Shown: positions 41,226-51,908, counted from the first letter of the stretch. The stretch is DNA of 61,473 nt from Clostridia bacterium (GCA_017464845.1 JAFTYD010000011.1:1-61473), one strand, 5' to 3'. Made by a program: numbers and translations. The notes: a model not told the origin generated them from the sequence alone.

Positions 41226-43202
41226 CTATTTTTTAGGCTTAGTTGTTGATAACTTTTTTTCGATAAGTTTTACAATATTTTTAGATTCAAATCCTGCATT
41301 TTGATAAACTTCATCACCCTTTCCACTACATTGATAATTATCAACTGCAACTCTAATTCCAGCACCCTTAAAATATTTAAGCCAAGACAAATCATTTGAT
41401 GCTTCAATTGAAACATAAAGGTCAGCTCCACTTGGAATAACTTTTTCTTTATAAGCTTCTGTTTGCATATCAAATACTTCTTGACAAGGCATTGAAACAA
41501 CACTTACTTTTTTACCCTTAAGTTTTTCTGCAACTTCAACAGCAAGAGGAACTTCACTACCTGATGCCATAATAACAACTTTTGGTTTATCTGAATTAGA
41601 ATAAACAACATAACCACCATTTGCAGCTTTTTCAATTGATGTATTTTCAACAGGAGCAACTCCTTGTCTTGTTAAAATAAATGATATTGGACCATTTTGT
41701 TCCCTTGAAACTTTATATCCAGCAACCAATTCTCTTGCATCACATGGTCTAAAAACTTTCAATCCAATAATATTTCTAAGTTGAGAAACTTGTTCAATAG
41801 GTTGATGAGTTGGACCATCTTCCCCAACAGCAATACTATCATGTGTAAAGAAAGACATAACATTGATATTCATCATAGCTCTCATTTTAAGTGCAGGCAT
41901 CATATAATTTGCAAAAGCTAAGAAAGTTGAATCGAATACCATAAAATCTTCATATAATGCAATACCATTACAAATAGCTCCCATTGCATGTTCTCTAATA
42001 CCAAAATGTATGTTTCTTCCTCTTCTATTACCTGCAGAGAACTTTCCACCATTTTCAATAACAGCGAATGTTGAAGGACCAAGGTCAGCTGTACCACCCA
42101 TAATTTGCAATAATTCTTTTGAGAATTCATTTAATACATAACCATTAATTTTTCTTAAAGATTCTCCAGCCCACTTTGATTCGTTTTTCAAAATTTTTTC
42201 ATAATTAATATTTTTCTTTTCAAAGAAAGATGTAAATTGTTTATAAAGTTCAGGATGAGTACTACTATAAATTGCAAGTTGTTGATTCCATTTTTCATGG
42301 AACAATTTACCTTTTCTAGCAGAAACCATACAAAGCTCTCTTATATCATTTGGAACATAAAAACTTTCCTTAACCTTCAATTTTTCTTTTAATAAAGCAA
42401 GTTCATCTTGTGACAATGCTGCACCATGAATTGCCGATGTACCTTCTTTTTGTGTTCCAATACCAATTGTTGTTCTAAAAATAATTACTGTTGGTTTATT
42501 AGCTTTTTTAGCTTGTGCAATAGCTTTTGTACAAGCAGAATAACTATTACCATTTCTTACTTTAATAACATTCCAACCCATTGAATAGAATTTTTTTGCA
42601 ACATTTTCTCTATTTGCAATATTAAGATTTCCATCAATAGTTACATCATTTGAATCATAAAGTAAAATTAATTTTGAAAGTTTTAATGTTCCAGCTAAAC
42701 TAATTGCTTCTTGAGCAACGCCTTCCATTAAACAGCCATCACCAGCAAGACAATAAACATAGTTATCAATAATCTTAAAACCAACTGAATTAAATCTTTC
42801 TTCTAATTTATTTTCAGCAATAGCCATACCAACAGCATTTGCAACACCTTGTCCAAGTGGACCTGTTGTAACTTCAACACCATCAGTAACATGATATTCT
42901 GGATGACCTGGAGTTTTTGACCCATATTTTCTAAAATCTTTTAAATCTTGCAAAGATACATTAAATCCGAACATAGACAACAAAGTATAATACAATGCAC
43001 TTGCATGTCCAGCAGATAAAACAAATCTATCTCTGTTTAAAAAATCTGTATCAGAAATATCAAATCTATAATGATCTTTAAAAAGTGCAAACAAAATGGT
43101 TGAAGCACCAAGAGCTACTCCTGTATGTCCTGATTTTGCATTTGTAATAGTTTCAGCAGAAATAGCCTTAACATAATTTATCGCCTTATCAACTAATCTC
43201 AT
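41226..43202 (-). CDS. tkt: Transketolase
   Basis: SGH, RDRFVLSAGH, TPGHPE, TTGPLGQG, GDGCLMEG, FGIREHAM and GEDGPTHQP motifs. Confidence 0.97.
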   Translation of the reverse strand: MRLVDKAINYVKAISAETITNAKSGHTGVALGASTILFALFKDHYRFDISDTDFLNRDRFVLSAGHASALYYTLLSMFGFNVSLQDLKDFRKYGSKTPGHPEYHVTDGVEVTTGPLGQGVANAVGMAIAENKLEERFNSVGFKIIDNYVYCLAGDGCLMEGVAQEAISLAGTLKLSKLILLYDSNDVTIDGNLNIANRENVAKKFYSMGWNVIKVRNGNSYSACTKAIAQAKKANKPTVIIFRTTIGIGTQKEGTSAIHGAALSQDELALLKEKLKVKESFYVPNDIRELCMVSARKGKLFHEKWNQQLAIYSSTHPELYKQFTSFFEKKNINYEKILKNESKWAGESLRKINGYVLNEFSKELLQIMGGTADLGPSTFAVIENGGKFSAGNRRGRNIHFGIREHAMGAICNGIALYEDFMVFDSTFLAFANYMMPALKMRAMMNINVMSFFTHDSIAVGEDGPTHQPIEQVSQLRNIIGLKVFRPCDARELVAGYKVSREQNGPISFILTRQGVAPVENTSIEKAANGGYVVYSNSDKPKVVIMASGSEVPLAVEVAEKLKGKKVSVVSMPCQEVFDMQTEAYKEKVIPSGADLYVSIEASNDLSWLKYFKGAGIRVAVDNYQCSGKGDEVYQNAGFESKNIVKLIEKKLSTTKPKK

Positions 43203-43675
43203 AAATTTCCTCCCAAATTAGCAAAGATTTCTTCTAAATCTTTTTCAAAGTTTTTTGTAATTTTTATTTTAAAATCACTATTTTGTGTTAAATAATTATC
43301 TCTATCTTCAAAAGAAATAAAATCAATAGGATTTTTATCTTTATCAATTTTTTCTTTTTCAAGATATAAATATACTATTAAACAATTTTTCTTAAATAAT
43401 TCCACATTATTAAACAAAGTATCAAAGTCAATATCAACTAAAACATTTTCATATTTTGATATATCCTTTATAACTTTTTGTTCTCTTTTTTGTAAATACT
43501 CAACACCACACAATTCTCTAACCTTGTCTCTTTCAACTAAGTCATAGGCAATAAGGTCCCTACAATTTGCATAATATAAGCCAAGCTCATCTGCAACATT
43601 TTTTGAGCATATTCCCCTATACACTTCATCAAGACACACAAACATTAAACTTGATGGCACATTTTTTTCTTTCAT
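43199..43675 (-). CDS. Degenerate shikimate-kinase-like protein
   Basis: ADELGLYY, GVEYLQKREQKVI and IVYL resemble AroK, but Walker A GK(S/T) is absent. Confidence 0.5.
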   Translation of the reverse strand: MKEKNVPSSLMFVCLDEVYRGICSKNVADELGLYYANCRDLIAYDLVERDKVRELCGVEYLQKREQKVIKDISKYENVLVDIDFDTLFNNVELFKKNCLIVYLYLEKEKIDKDKNPIDFISFEDRDNYLTQNSDFKIKITKNFEKDLEEIFANLGGNL

Positions 43676-43716
43676 AATTTTATTTTATCATATAATTAAA
43701 TATTATCAACGTAATT

Positions 43717-44814
43717 TTAAATATTTTTTTTACTATTTATTTGTTTTTTACATAAAATTGCAATTGAAATTAAGCAAATTGTAAAAACAAGTGGTAAATC
43801 TATCCTCTCTATTTCACTTTCTAAACTTATAAGGATTTCTAAATTATCATCAATCCCGATTTTTATTGTTTTGTATTTTTTAGTAGATAAAGTATCTTTT
43901 ACATTACTTTCATCTAACCTTTTCAATAATTCATAAGCTGGATGTCCATAACTATTTTTACCTACAGAAATAATTGCATATTCAGGTTTTACAACTTTTA
44001 AAAATTCTTCACTAGTTGAACTTTTTGAACCATGATGAGATACTTTTAATATATCAACATCAAGCATTTCTTTTTCATACAAACTCAAAAGTTCTTTTTC
44101 TGTTTTATCTGTCGCATCTCCTGTAAGAAGAATTTTTCTTCCACCATATTCTATCATTATAATTGGTGAATATTCATTTGTGTTTATATCATTCAAGTCA
44201 TTATTATTATTTGAAAAATACACATCTTTATTTGGTGTTAAAAAATCAATTTTGTATTCTTTTGATTTTATCAAAGTGTTTGTGTCAAAAAATTCCATAT
44301 CAAACTTTTTTGACGCATATTTTATTGTTTCAACATAATTCTCCGAACTTGTGTAACCATACCCTAAATTTCCATATTTAGATGTTTCTGAATTTATTAA
44401 TATTTTAGGTCTTAAAATCTTATCAACTTTTATATTTTTTAAAACTCCCAAACTACCACCAACATGATCACTATCAGGATGAGTTAAAATTAAATATGAT
44501 ATTTTATTAATATCAAACTTATTCATTCTTTTCTTTAAATAACTAATTAATTTTTTTGAACTTTTTTCTGGGCCAGTATCTACTAAAATTAATTTATCAT
44601 CAGGAAGCCGAATTAATATAGAATCACCTTGACCAACATCAATAAAATCAATTTCAAAATCAGATTGTGTTATCTCATTTTCAATTCTTGAAGATTTGAA
44701 AAGTAACATAGAAATTTGATTATTAAAAATTTGAATTAATAAATAAACTACACAAACAAAAACTATTAAACTATATCTTATATAATCTTCTTTAGTAAAA
44801 TTTAATTTTTTCAT
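43717..44814 (-). CDS. ComEC/Rec2-type metallo-beta-lactamase fold protein
   Basis: IDVGQGDS, VDTG, THPDSDHVGG, LLTGD, KVSHHGS and NSYGHP motifs. Confidence 0.9.
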   Translation of the reverse strand: MKKLNFTKEDYIRYSLIVFVCVVYLLIQIFNNQISMLLFKSSRIENEITQSDFEIDFIDVGQGDSILIRLPDDKLILVDTGPEKSSKKLISYLKKRMNKFDINKISYLILTHPDSDHVGGSLGVLKNIKVDKILRPKILINSETSKYGNLGYGYTSSENYVETIKYASKKFDMEFFDTNTLIKSKEYKIDFLTPNKDVYFSNNNNDLNDINTNEYSPIIMIEYGGRKILLTGDATDKTEKELLSLYEKEMLDVDILKVSHHGSKSSTSEEFLKVVKPEYAIISVGKNSYGHPAYELLKRLDESNVKDTLSTKKYKTIKIGIDDNLEILISLESEIERIDLPLVFTICLISIAILCKKQINSKKNI

Positions 44815-44818
44815 AAAA

Positions 44819-45685
44819 TTATTTAATAAAAGTTATCTCATTTGGTGTATAATCTTTTATTTTTTTCTTTCCTACCTTTCCTTCAAAAATTTTCATTATT
44901 TGAGGCATCATATCAATAGCTGTTTTATATCCTTCCTCAATCATTTCTTCAAAACCATCTGTCTTTGTTGATTTAAATTTCTTTGTATTTGGACCAATCA
45001 TTAAGTCTGAATACAAATATCCTCTAACGGCATTACTCTTCATCAATATTCTTATTGAACAAGATAAAACATCTAAAACTTTTGAACTATCAGTACCATA
45101 AGTTCTTGATTTATTACAATCAACAGCAATTACATAATCACAACCAAAATAACGAGGTATATCAGAAGGAATACTATTTTGAAGACCTCCATCTGCAAGC
45201 AAATAATCACCAAATTCTACCGGTTGAAATATACCAGGAACACAACAACTTCCTGCCACTGCTTTAGCTAAATTTCCCTTGCAAATACATACTTGGTTTG
45301 TTGTCTTTAAATCCACAGCAACTGCTGAAAAAGGCACCTTTAAATCTTCAATATTAATATTTCCAAAATTTTCTATTATCAAATTTTCAATACCATCAGT
45401 TTTTGATGGAACAAAAATTATTTTATTGGTCTTAATATCTTTAACTTTTATATTTTTTGCTATATCATAAATTTGCTTATATGTCATACCATTCGCATAA
45501 GCAGCACCCATAATACTACCAACACTTGTTCCCGTTACATAATCAAATTTAAGTCCATATTCTTCAAATGCACGAATTACCCCAACATGAGCAAATCCAC
45601 GCATTCCTCCACCACCAAAAGCAAGTCCTATCTTTATTTTCTTTTTAAATAATTTATTAAAGTATCCCATTGTTTTCCCTTTCAT
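44819..45685 (-). CDS. Patatin-like phospholipase
   Basis: GGGGMRG, GTSVG nucleophile elbow and DGG motif. Confidence 0.93.
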   Translation of the reverse strand: MKGKTMGYFNKLFKKKIKIGLAFGGGGMRGFAHVGVIRAFEEYGLKFDYVTGTSVGSIMGAAYANGMTYKQIYDIAKNIKVKDIKTNKIIFVPSKTDGIENLIIENFGNINIEDLKVPFSAVAVDLKTTNQVCICKGNLAKAVAGSCCVPGIFQPVEFGDYLLADGGLQNSIPSDIPRYFGCDYVIAVDCNKSRTYGTDSSKVLDVLSCSIRILMKSNAVRGYLYSDLMIGPNTKKFKSTKTDGFEEMIEEGYKTAIDMMPQIMKIFEGKVGKKKIKDYTPNEITFIK

Positions 45686-45761
45686 TTTTTATTTATATTA
45701 TAATTATTATATAAATATATTATAACAAATAAGTCAAATTAATTCAAACAAACTAAAACAA

Positions 45762-45792
45762 AAAAAACAACGCTTAATCAAGCGTTGTTTTT
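45762..45792 (-). terminator. Intrinsic terminator
   Basis: aaaaacaacgctt-aatc-aagcgttgttttt hairpin. Confidence 0.8.
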
Positions 45793-45800
45793 AATTTTAA

Positions 45801-47351
45801 TTATTCAGCATCATCAGAATTTTCTCTTGCTTCCATTTCAGCTAATTTAGTTTCAATTTCAGCAATATCTTTCTTGAGTTGAACATTTTGTTCTTTCAAT
45901 ACAGAATACATTCTTTCAAGAACTGGGAATCTTGAAGCATTTTTCTTCATAATTTCATGACAATTATAAACTGATGCTTTTAATTCTTCAAGTAAGTTCA
46001 TATCTTCAGCAAGAGTTTTTGCTCTTTCTGGATCAATTTCAGCATAGTTATTTACGCCATATAATACAACCTTTTGTTTAGCAACAAGAGCTTCTTTTCT
46101 GCGAAGTTTCTTTTCATCTCTTTCAAGATTCTTGTTAACTTTTTGCAATGGTAAGTATTCTTTCTTACAAGCTTTGAATTCTTTTTCATTAACTCTAAGT
46201 CTTTCTTGTAAAATAGCAAGTTGTTCAAGATATTGTTCTCTTGTAAGATCTTTTGTAATAAATTGAGTTTCAACGATTGTTGTTTCAATAACTGGAGCTA
46301 CTGGAGTTTCAGGTTCTTCATCAACAATTTCATCTTCAGCATCAATTTGTTCAGGTTCTTCATATGTGCTAACTTCTGTAGCAACAACATTTTGAACTGG
46401 TTCTTGAGCTTTCAATGAAGCAATAGCATCTCTAAGTTCATCAAGGATACTCTTATAAGCTTCAACGCTTGCATCTTCTTTATTTTCTTCGATGTTAGAA
46501 ATTTGTTCTTCAATTGTTTCTTCAACTGGAGTTTCTTCAACAACTTCTTCTACTTCTTCGACTTCTTCTTCAACAACTTTGTTGTTTTCGTTTCTTTCAG
46601 CTTTAAGTCTTTCAAGTTCTTCTCTAAGTTCGTAAATCATATCTTTATATGTAGCAATTTCTTGAGAAACAGATTCTTTAACTCTTTCAAGTTCTTCTTC
46701 AGAAACTCCAACTCTTTCAGGTTGAACTTCTTCAACTGTTTCATCTTCAACTTCTTCTTCAACTTCTTCGACTTCTTCAATAATTGGAAGAACTTCTTCA
46801 ACTTCTTCAGTTTCTTCTTCTGTTGTTTCTTCTTCAGCTTCTTCTTCAGTTTCAGCTTCTTGCATTCTTCTCATGAGTTCTCTTCTTCTCATTTCAAGAT
46901 AAGCTCTTCTTTCATTTCTTAAAGCTTCTTCATCAACTTGAGGTTGTTCTTCTTCAGTTTCTTCAACAACTGGTTGAGAAACAATAGATTCACCTTCTAA
47001 TTCTCTTTCTTCTTCTTCAGCCTTAACTTCATCAACATCTGTTAATGAGTCAATAACTTCCATTTCTTCTTCAACAACTGGTTCTTCAACAACTGGTTCT
47101 TCAATAACATGAGCATCTTCATAAGTTAATTGAACAGTTGGTTCTTGTTCAAGTTGTTGTTGTTTTTCTTGAACATTTTGATTTTGATAATTTTCATCAA
47201 TTCTTTCTTCTTTTTTCTTTGTGAATGAAAGAACAATTTCACCTAAATAATAGATTAAGAAACCACCTGCAACAATTATACCAGCAAAAATAACAATGTT
47301 TAAAATTAAAGTTCCAAGACCTGTTTCTGATGCTAATAATAAACCGTTCAT
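45801..47351 (-). CDS. Glu/Val-rich single-pass membrane protein with coiled coils
   Basis: Likely start MNGLL at 47351 after AAGGAAAAGG; one TM helix, low-complexity EEVEE/EEPVV tracts and a C-terminal coiled coil. Confidence 0.8.
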   Translation of the reverse strand: MNGLLLASETGLGTLILNIVIFAGIIVAGGFLIYYLGEIVLSFTKKKEERIDENYQNQNVQEKQQQLEQEPTVQLTYEDAHVIEEPVVEEPVVEEEMEVIDSLTDVDEVKAEEEERELEGESIVSQPVVEETEEEQPQVDEEALRNERRAYLEMRRRELMRRMQEAETEEEAEEETTEEETEEVEEVLPIIEEVEEVEEEVEDETVEEVQPERVGVSEEELERVKESVSQEIATYKDMIYELREELERLKAERNENNKVVEEEVEEVEEVVEETPVEETIEEQISNIEENKEDASVEAYKSILDELRDAIASLKAQEPVQNVVATEVSTYEEPEQIDAEDEIVDEEPETPVAPVIETTIVETQFITKDLTREQYLEQLAILQERLRVNEKEFKACKKEYLPLQKVNKNLERDEKKLRRKEALVAKQKVVLYGVNNYAEIDPERAKTLAEDMNLLEELKASVYNCHEIMKKNASRFPVLERMYSVLKEQNVQLKKDIAEIETKLAEMEARENSDDAE

Positions 47352-47445
47352 ATCAATTTTCCTTTTCCTTATAAATTTATGATTTTTTAAGAAGTCCATA
47401 ACTTCATTGAAAGATTTTTACATTTCTTTCTTCAACTTGTGGAAC

Positions 47446-47852
47446 TGGTGGAGACGGAGGGATTTGAACCCTCGTCCGAAACAACTAAGCATAAGCCTTT
47501 CTACATGTTTAGTTTGTGTTTATTTTTCATTTTTAATTAGTCCACAAACAAACTTTAAAAACAATTCTTTTAAAATTTTTCCAAAGTCCAAAAGACAAAC
47601 AACTTTGAAAGTTTCGCTACATATGATACTCAATTATTAAATAAGCGACATTTAACATGAGCAGGTCGAAATCATATCGACCAAATTTGTTTCACTAACT
47701 AGGCAGCAATAGCAACAGGTGCTTTGTAACCAGCGAATGAAACTACATTATTATCGTCTGCGTTTATTTTCGCTACCCCGTTTTAAGTGTTCTTGGCACC
47801 ACTACATGCTTTATACTTTGCCGAACTATCCCGTCGAAACCTGTTCGCCCCC
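47446..47852 (-). ncRNA. ssrA: tmRNA
   Basis: 5' GGGGGCGAACAGGTTTCGACGG and 3' GGGTTCAAATCCCTCCGTCTCCACCA with G3-U acceptor pair; tag ORF at 47761-47699 reads ADDNNVVSFAGYKAPVAIAA*; directly after smpB. Confidence 0.97.
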
Positions 47853-47865
47853 AAGTATATTGAAC

Positions 47866-48309
47866 CTAACCTCTTTTAAGTGTTCGATCAAGTTCTTTCT
47901 TAATGGTTTTTTCTTTTAAGGTTTCTCTTTTATCGTAAAGTTTTTTACCCTTTGCAAGTCCGATTTCAACTTTAACTTTACCATTATTTTCATAAACCTT
48001 TGTTGGAACAATAGTAAACCCTTTTTCTTTCATATTCCTTTCAAACTTTCTAATTTCATTTTTATGAAGTAAAAGTTTTCTAGTCCTATAAGAATCCGGT
48101 GCAAAACTTGAAGTCATTTCGTAAGGTTTTATATAAGCATTTTTCAAAAACATTTCACCATTTTTTATAACGACAAAACTTTCTGTCAAACTTATACCAT
48201 TCGCCCTAACTGATTTTACTTCACATCCTTGCAAACTAATTCCAGCTTCAACCATATCCGAAACGAAGAAATTATGAAATGCTTTTTTATTGTTAGTAAA
48301 AATCTTCAT
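47866..48309 (-). CDS. smpB: SsrA-binding protein
   Basis: NKKAFHNF, EAGISLQGCEVKSVR, RKLLLHK and GKKLYDKR; GGAGG RBS before the ATG at 48309. Confidence 0.97.
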   Translation of the reverse strand: MKIFTNNKKAFHNFFVSDMVEAGISLQGCEVKSVRANGISLTESFVVIKNGEMFLKNAYIKPYEMTSSFAPDSYRTRKLLLHKNEIRKFERNMKEKGFTIVPTKVYENNGKVKVEIGLAKGKKLYDKRETLKEKTIKKELDRTLKRG

Positions 48310-48397
48310 CTCGCCTCCAATTATAACACAATTTTTATATATTTTCAATACATAAACGCAAATTTTTTATAAAAATGTTAAAATTTATTCTATTTTT

Positions 48398-50482
48398 TTA
48401 TAAAACAACAACAAATTCCAACTTCCTTGTATTTAAGTTTGCGGCTACTAATTGAACCTTTAACTTATCACCTAATGAGAATGTGAATTTTTGACCTTTA
48501 AGTTTCATTGTCTTTTCAAAATATAAGTATGCATCTTCAGGTAAATTTTCTACTTTTACAAGACCTTCAACAGTGTTATCAAGCTCAACAAAGAATCCGA
48601 ATTCTCTAACTTGAGTTATAACAGCATCAAACACATCTCCCACCTTATCTTTCATGAGATAAACTTTCCATAAATCGTCAACATCTCTTTCTGCTAAATC
48701 AGCATTTCTTTCACATAAACTTGATTGCTCTGAACTTTCATGAGTAAAATCAATAAGTTCTTCTTTTCTTGCTTTTGTTAACTTCTTTTTGAAACTATCC
48801 TTTATAATTCTATGAATTGTAAGATCAGGATATCTTCTAATAGGTGAAGTAAAGTGGCAATAATATTCAAGTGCTAATCCGAAGTGGCCCATATTTTCAT
48901 TTGAGTATCTTGCTTTTTGCATTGCTCTCAAAATAACTTTATTCACAGTATCTGCAAAATTTTCATCTTTAACTGTTCCAATCAATTTTTGGAAATATTT
49001 TGGATCAATATCCTTTGGTATTTCTGGATATCTTACACCTAATCCTTTCAAGAATGCACAAACATCTTGTACTTTTTCTTTCTTTGGTTTTTCATGGATT
49101 CTATAAACAAATGGCATTCCAAGTATTTCAAATTTTCTTGCTACAACTTCATTTGCAAGTACCATAAAATCTTCTATTAATCTATGAGCTATATTTCTTT
49201 CTCTTTTTCTAACCTCTGTTACATAATTATTCTCATCAAAGATGAAATATGCTTCAGGTATTTCAAAATCAAGAGCTCCTCTATTTTTTGTATTAGCTTC
49301 AAGAATATCAGCAAGTTCTCTCATAAGAATAAAATCTTCTTCAAGCATTTTTGTTTTTTCATTGAAAGAAGTTTTTGTCAACGCATCATAAACTTCTGTG
49401 TAAGTCAATCTAGCAACACTTTTAATGTATGATTCACATAACTTATGATTTACAACATTTCCATTTTTGTCAACATCCATAATACATGATAATGTTAATC
49501 TTTCTTCATTTTCCTTCAAAGAACAAATGTCATTTGATAATTTTTCTGGTAACATTGGAAGAACAGAATTTGGGAAATAAACACTTGTTCCTCTTTTAAA
49601 AGCTTCTTCATCAACAGCAGAATTTCTTTTTACATATTCCCCAACATCGGCAATATGAACACCAAGTTCATAACCTATATCAGTTCTTTTTATTGAAATA
49701 GCATCGTCAAAATCTCTTGAATCTTCTCCGTCAATTGTAAATATTCTTTCATGAGTTAAATCTAAACGATCTTTCTTTTGTTCTTTTGTTACGTGATCAG
49801 GAATTTTTGCAACTTCATCAAGAACTTCTTTTGGAAAAGCTTCATAAAGACCATGTTGTCTTATAATAGAAAGTTCTAAAGTCTTGACATCACTTTGTTT
49901 TCCTAAAACTTCAACGATATCACATTTTATATTTCCTTTTTCAGAACGAGTAAGCCTTGCAACAACAACATCTTCAACTTCAAACTTATTAGGTTTTGTT
50001 GTAATAGGAATCTTGAAACAAATTTTTGAATTTTCAGGTTCAAGATAATATTGTGAACTAACCTTTACAACAGTACCAACAAGTTTTTCGACTTGATGAT
50101 ATATTTTTACAACTTCAGCATCACTACCTTCACTTGAGGAATTGAGAACTTTGATAATAACGCTATCACCATCAATTGCACCAAAGCACTTATCTCCTGG
50201 AATAAAGAAATCATCAATCTCATCACTCACTTTACAAAATCCGTAACCTTTGGTACTACCAAAAAATCTACCTTTAAAATAATTTCTTGAAGGTATAGTA
50301 ATAAACTTTCCTTTTCTGATTTCAAATATATCTCCATCAGTTAAAAGTTTGTTAAATTCTTTTTTGATTGTTTCCAAACTCACATCAAGAGTATTGGCCA
50401 TAAATAAAAAAAGCTTGTCTATACTAGAATAGACCAAACTTTCTTTTTTAATAATATTTAATATACTTTGTCTTATTTTCAT
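48398..50482 (-). CDS. rnr: Ribonuclease R
   Basis: FTIDGEDSRDFDDA, VHIADV, HFTSPIRRYPDL and a C-terminal S1 domain; secG-rnr-smpB order. Confidence 0.96.
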   Translation of the reverse strand: MKIRQSILNIIKKESLVYSSIDKLFLFMANTLDVSLETIKKEFNKLLTDGDIFEIRKGKFITIPSRNYFKGRFFGSTKGYGFCKVSDEIDDFFIPGDKCFGAIDGDSVIIKVLNSSSEGSDAEVVKIYHQVEKLVGTVVKVSSQYYLEPENSKICFKIPITTKPNKFEVEDVVVARLTRSEKGNIKCDIVEVLGKQSDVKTLELSIIRQHGLYEAFPKEVLDEVAKIPDHVTKEQKKDRLDLTHERIFTIDGEDSRDFDDAISIKRTDIGYELGVHIADVGEYVKRNSAVDEEAFKRGTSVYFPNSVLPMLPEKLSNDICSLKENEERLTLSCIMDVDKNGNVVNHKLCESYIKSVARLTYTEVYDALTKTSFNEKTKMLEEDFILMRELADILEANTKNRGALDFEIPEAYFIFDENNYVTEVRKRERNIAHRLIEDFMVLANEVVARKFEILGMPFVYRIHEKPKKEKVQDVCAFLKGLGVRYPEIPKDIDPKYFQKLIGTVKDENFADTVNKVILRAMQKARYSNENMGHFGLALEYYCHFTSPIRRYPDLTIHRIIKDSFKKKLTKARKEELIDFTHESSEQSSLCERNADLAERDVDDLWKVYLMKDKVGDVFDAVITQVREFGFFVELDNTVEGLVKVENLPEDAYLYFEKTMKLKGQKFTFSLGDKLKVQLVAANLNTRKLEFVVVL

Positions 50483-50486
50483 TCAC

Positions 50487-50798
50487 TTAACCATTAATCA
50501 ATTTAGTTATCATATACAAAATTACGCAAACAAGCATTACACAAGCCATTATTATTGTAATTTTTTTCAATTTACCATCTCTTGAAGAACTCTTGTTTTG
50601 AGAGTAATAACTTTCTTGAGAACCGGTAATTACATTTGAACTTGTTCCTTCTGTATCATTAGATTGCATTAAAACAGTGATTATCATAGTAATAGCACAA
50701 GCTATTATTATGCAAAACAACACTATTCTTATAATCGGGAATGTTTTTGTAATAAAATCTGATTGCAAATCATCAGCAAGCATAGGTAAAAATTTCAC
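50487..50798 (-). CDS. secG: Preprotein translocase subunit SecG
   Basis: Two TM helices with VLMQS...ITG...KLKKIT; canonical position upstream of rnr. Confidence 0.85.
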   Translation of the reverse strand: MKFLPMLADDLQSDFITKTFPIIRIVLFCIIIACAITMIITVLMQSNDTEGTSSNVITGSQESYYSQNKSSSRDGKLKKITIIMACVMLVCVILYMITKLING

Positions 50799-50814
50799 TT
50801 TAATTCTCCTTAAT

Positions 50815-51051
50815 CTAATTTCTCGCTATACTTACAACCACCACGATTGCTATGGCAATAGCTGCAAGGATAACAAAACCTATATGAAATCTTTGATCCC
50901 CTCTATTATAAGTCCAGAATAACATTCTCATAATAGACATCAAAGCAATGATAGAACAAATACACATAACTGCAAGATAAAGACCAGAACTCCATCCATT
51001 AACCCAGTTAACGATATCATTCCACATTGAACAAACCATATTCATTGTCAT
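50815..51051 (-). CDS. Small two-TM hypothetical membrane protein
   Basis: GAGG RBS before the ATG at 51051; two hydrophobic segments. Confidence 0.65.
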   Translation of the reverse strand: MTMNMVCSMWNDIVNWVNGWSSGLYLAVMCICSIIALMSIMRMLFWTYNRGDQRFHIGFVILAAIAIAIVVVVSIARN

Positions 51052-51179
51052 ATAACACCTCACTTTCGTTGATTAATTATAACATAATATATATTAGATT
51101 TCAAGTATTTTATTTAAATTTGTTTAATTAATATCTATGTTATTATAAAATCTACAAAATATTGCAAAATGACATAAAC

Positions 51180-51767
51180 TTAATTTGATAAAGTCATATT
51201 TTTGATTTTCTTATAAATTTGTTTCCAAGTTTTTACTCTTTCAATCCTGTTATCTTTAAAATCTTTATTATGAGGATTTGTCATTATCATTAATTTGATA
51301 TTTGTATCCTTAAATTCCAACAAAGTTTTAGGCATATCATCAATAAAAACATCAATACCTAATTCTTGACTTATTCCTGCTTTTTTTTCATAACCGATTA
51401 AAATTTTATCATAATTTATTTTTTTTCTATGTAACCACCTAGCAGACATTCCTTCAGGATCTTTTAAATGTCTTTTATCTCTTGCAGTAATAAAATAAAT
51501 TTCATGACCAAGTTCTTTTATTTTGTTGATATATTTTGAAGCATTTTTTCTTTCAATAGCATCTTCAAGCATTATATCAGCATATTGCTTCCAAAAAGAA
51601 ATCTTTTCTTCATCACTTTGCCAATCAACCATTTCTGTTACATAGTTTGTTTTTTTATTGATAATTTTTCTATCAAGTTTATTCATCTTTAAATAGTTTT
51701 TAACAGTCTTGTAATACACAGGATAATTAGCCGTTGTTGTATCGTCAATATCAATTCCAATTTTCAT
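51180..51767 (-). CDS. HAD-family 5'(3')-deoxyribonucleotidase (NT5C-like)
   Basis: IGIDIDD, YFITAR, K, FIDD and PHN motifs. Confidence 0.82.
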   Translation of the reverse strand: MKIGIDIDDTTTANYPVYYKTVKNYLKMNKLDRKIINKKTNYVTEMVDWQSDEEKISFWKQYADIMLEDAIERKNASKYINKIKELGHEIYFITARDKRHLKDPEGMSARWLHRKKINYDKILIGYEKKAGISQELGIDVFIDDMPKTLLEFKDTNIKLMIMTNPHNKDFKDNRIERVKTWKQIYKKIKNMTLSN

Positions 51768-51880
51768 AAAAAACCTCTTAAAAAATTTATAAGCAATTTA
51801 TTATATCATAACTTAAAAATAAAAACCAAATTAAAATCAAAGAATTATTTATGTAAAACAATATTTTGATTATAAAAACA

Positions 51881-51908
51881 AAAAAAACGAGATTATACTC
51901 GTTTTTTT
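51881..51908 (-). terminator. Intrinsic terminator
   Basis: aaaaaacgag-attata-ctcgtttttt hairpin. Confidence 0.75.

Noticed and set aside
46052-46922. Phe/Asn/Ser-rich and other short ORFs overlapping the Glu-rich gene
   Set aside because: Shadow frames of GAA-rich low-complexity sequence.
47407-47919. ORFs 47407-47640 and 47719-47919 on the + strand
   Set aside because: They are antisense to tmRNA and smpB; WWRRRDLNPRP is the typical translation of a reversed tRNA-like end.
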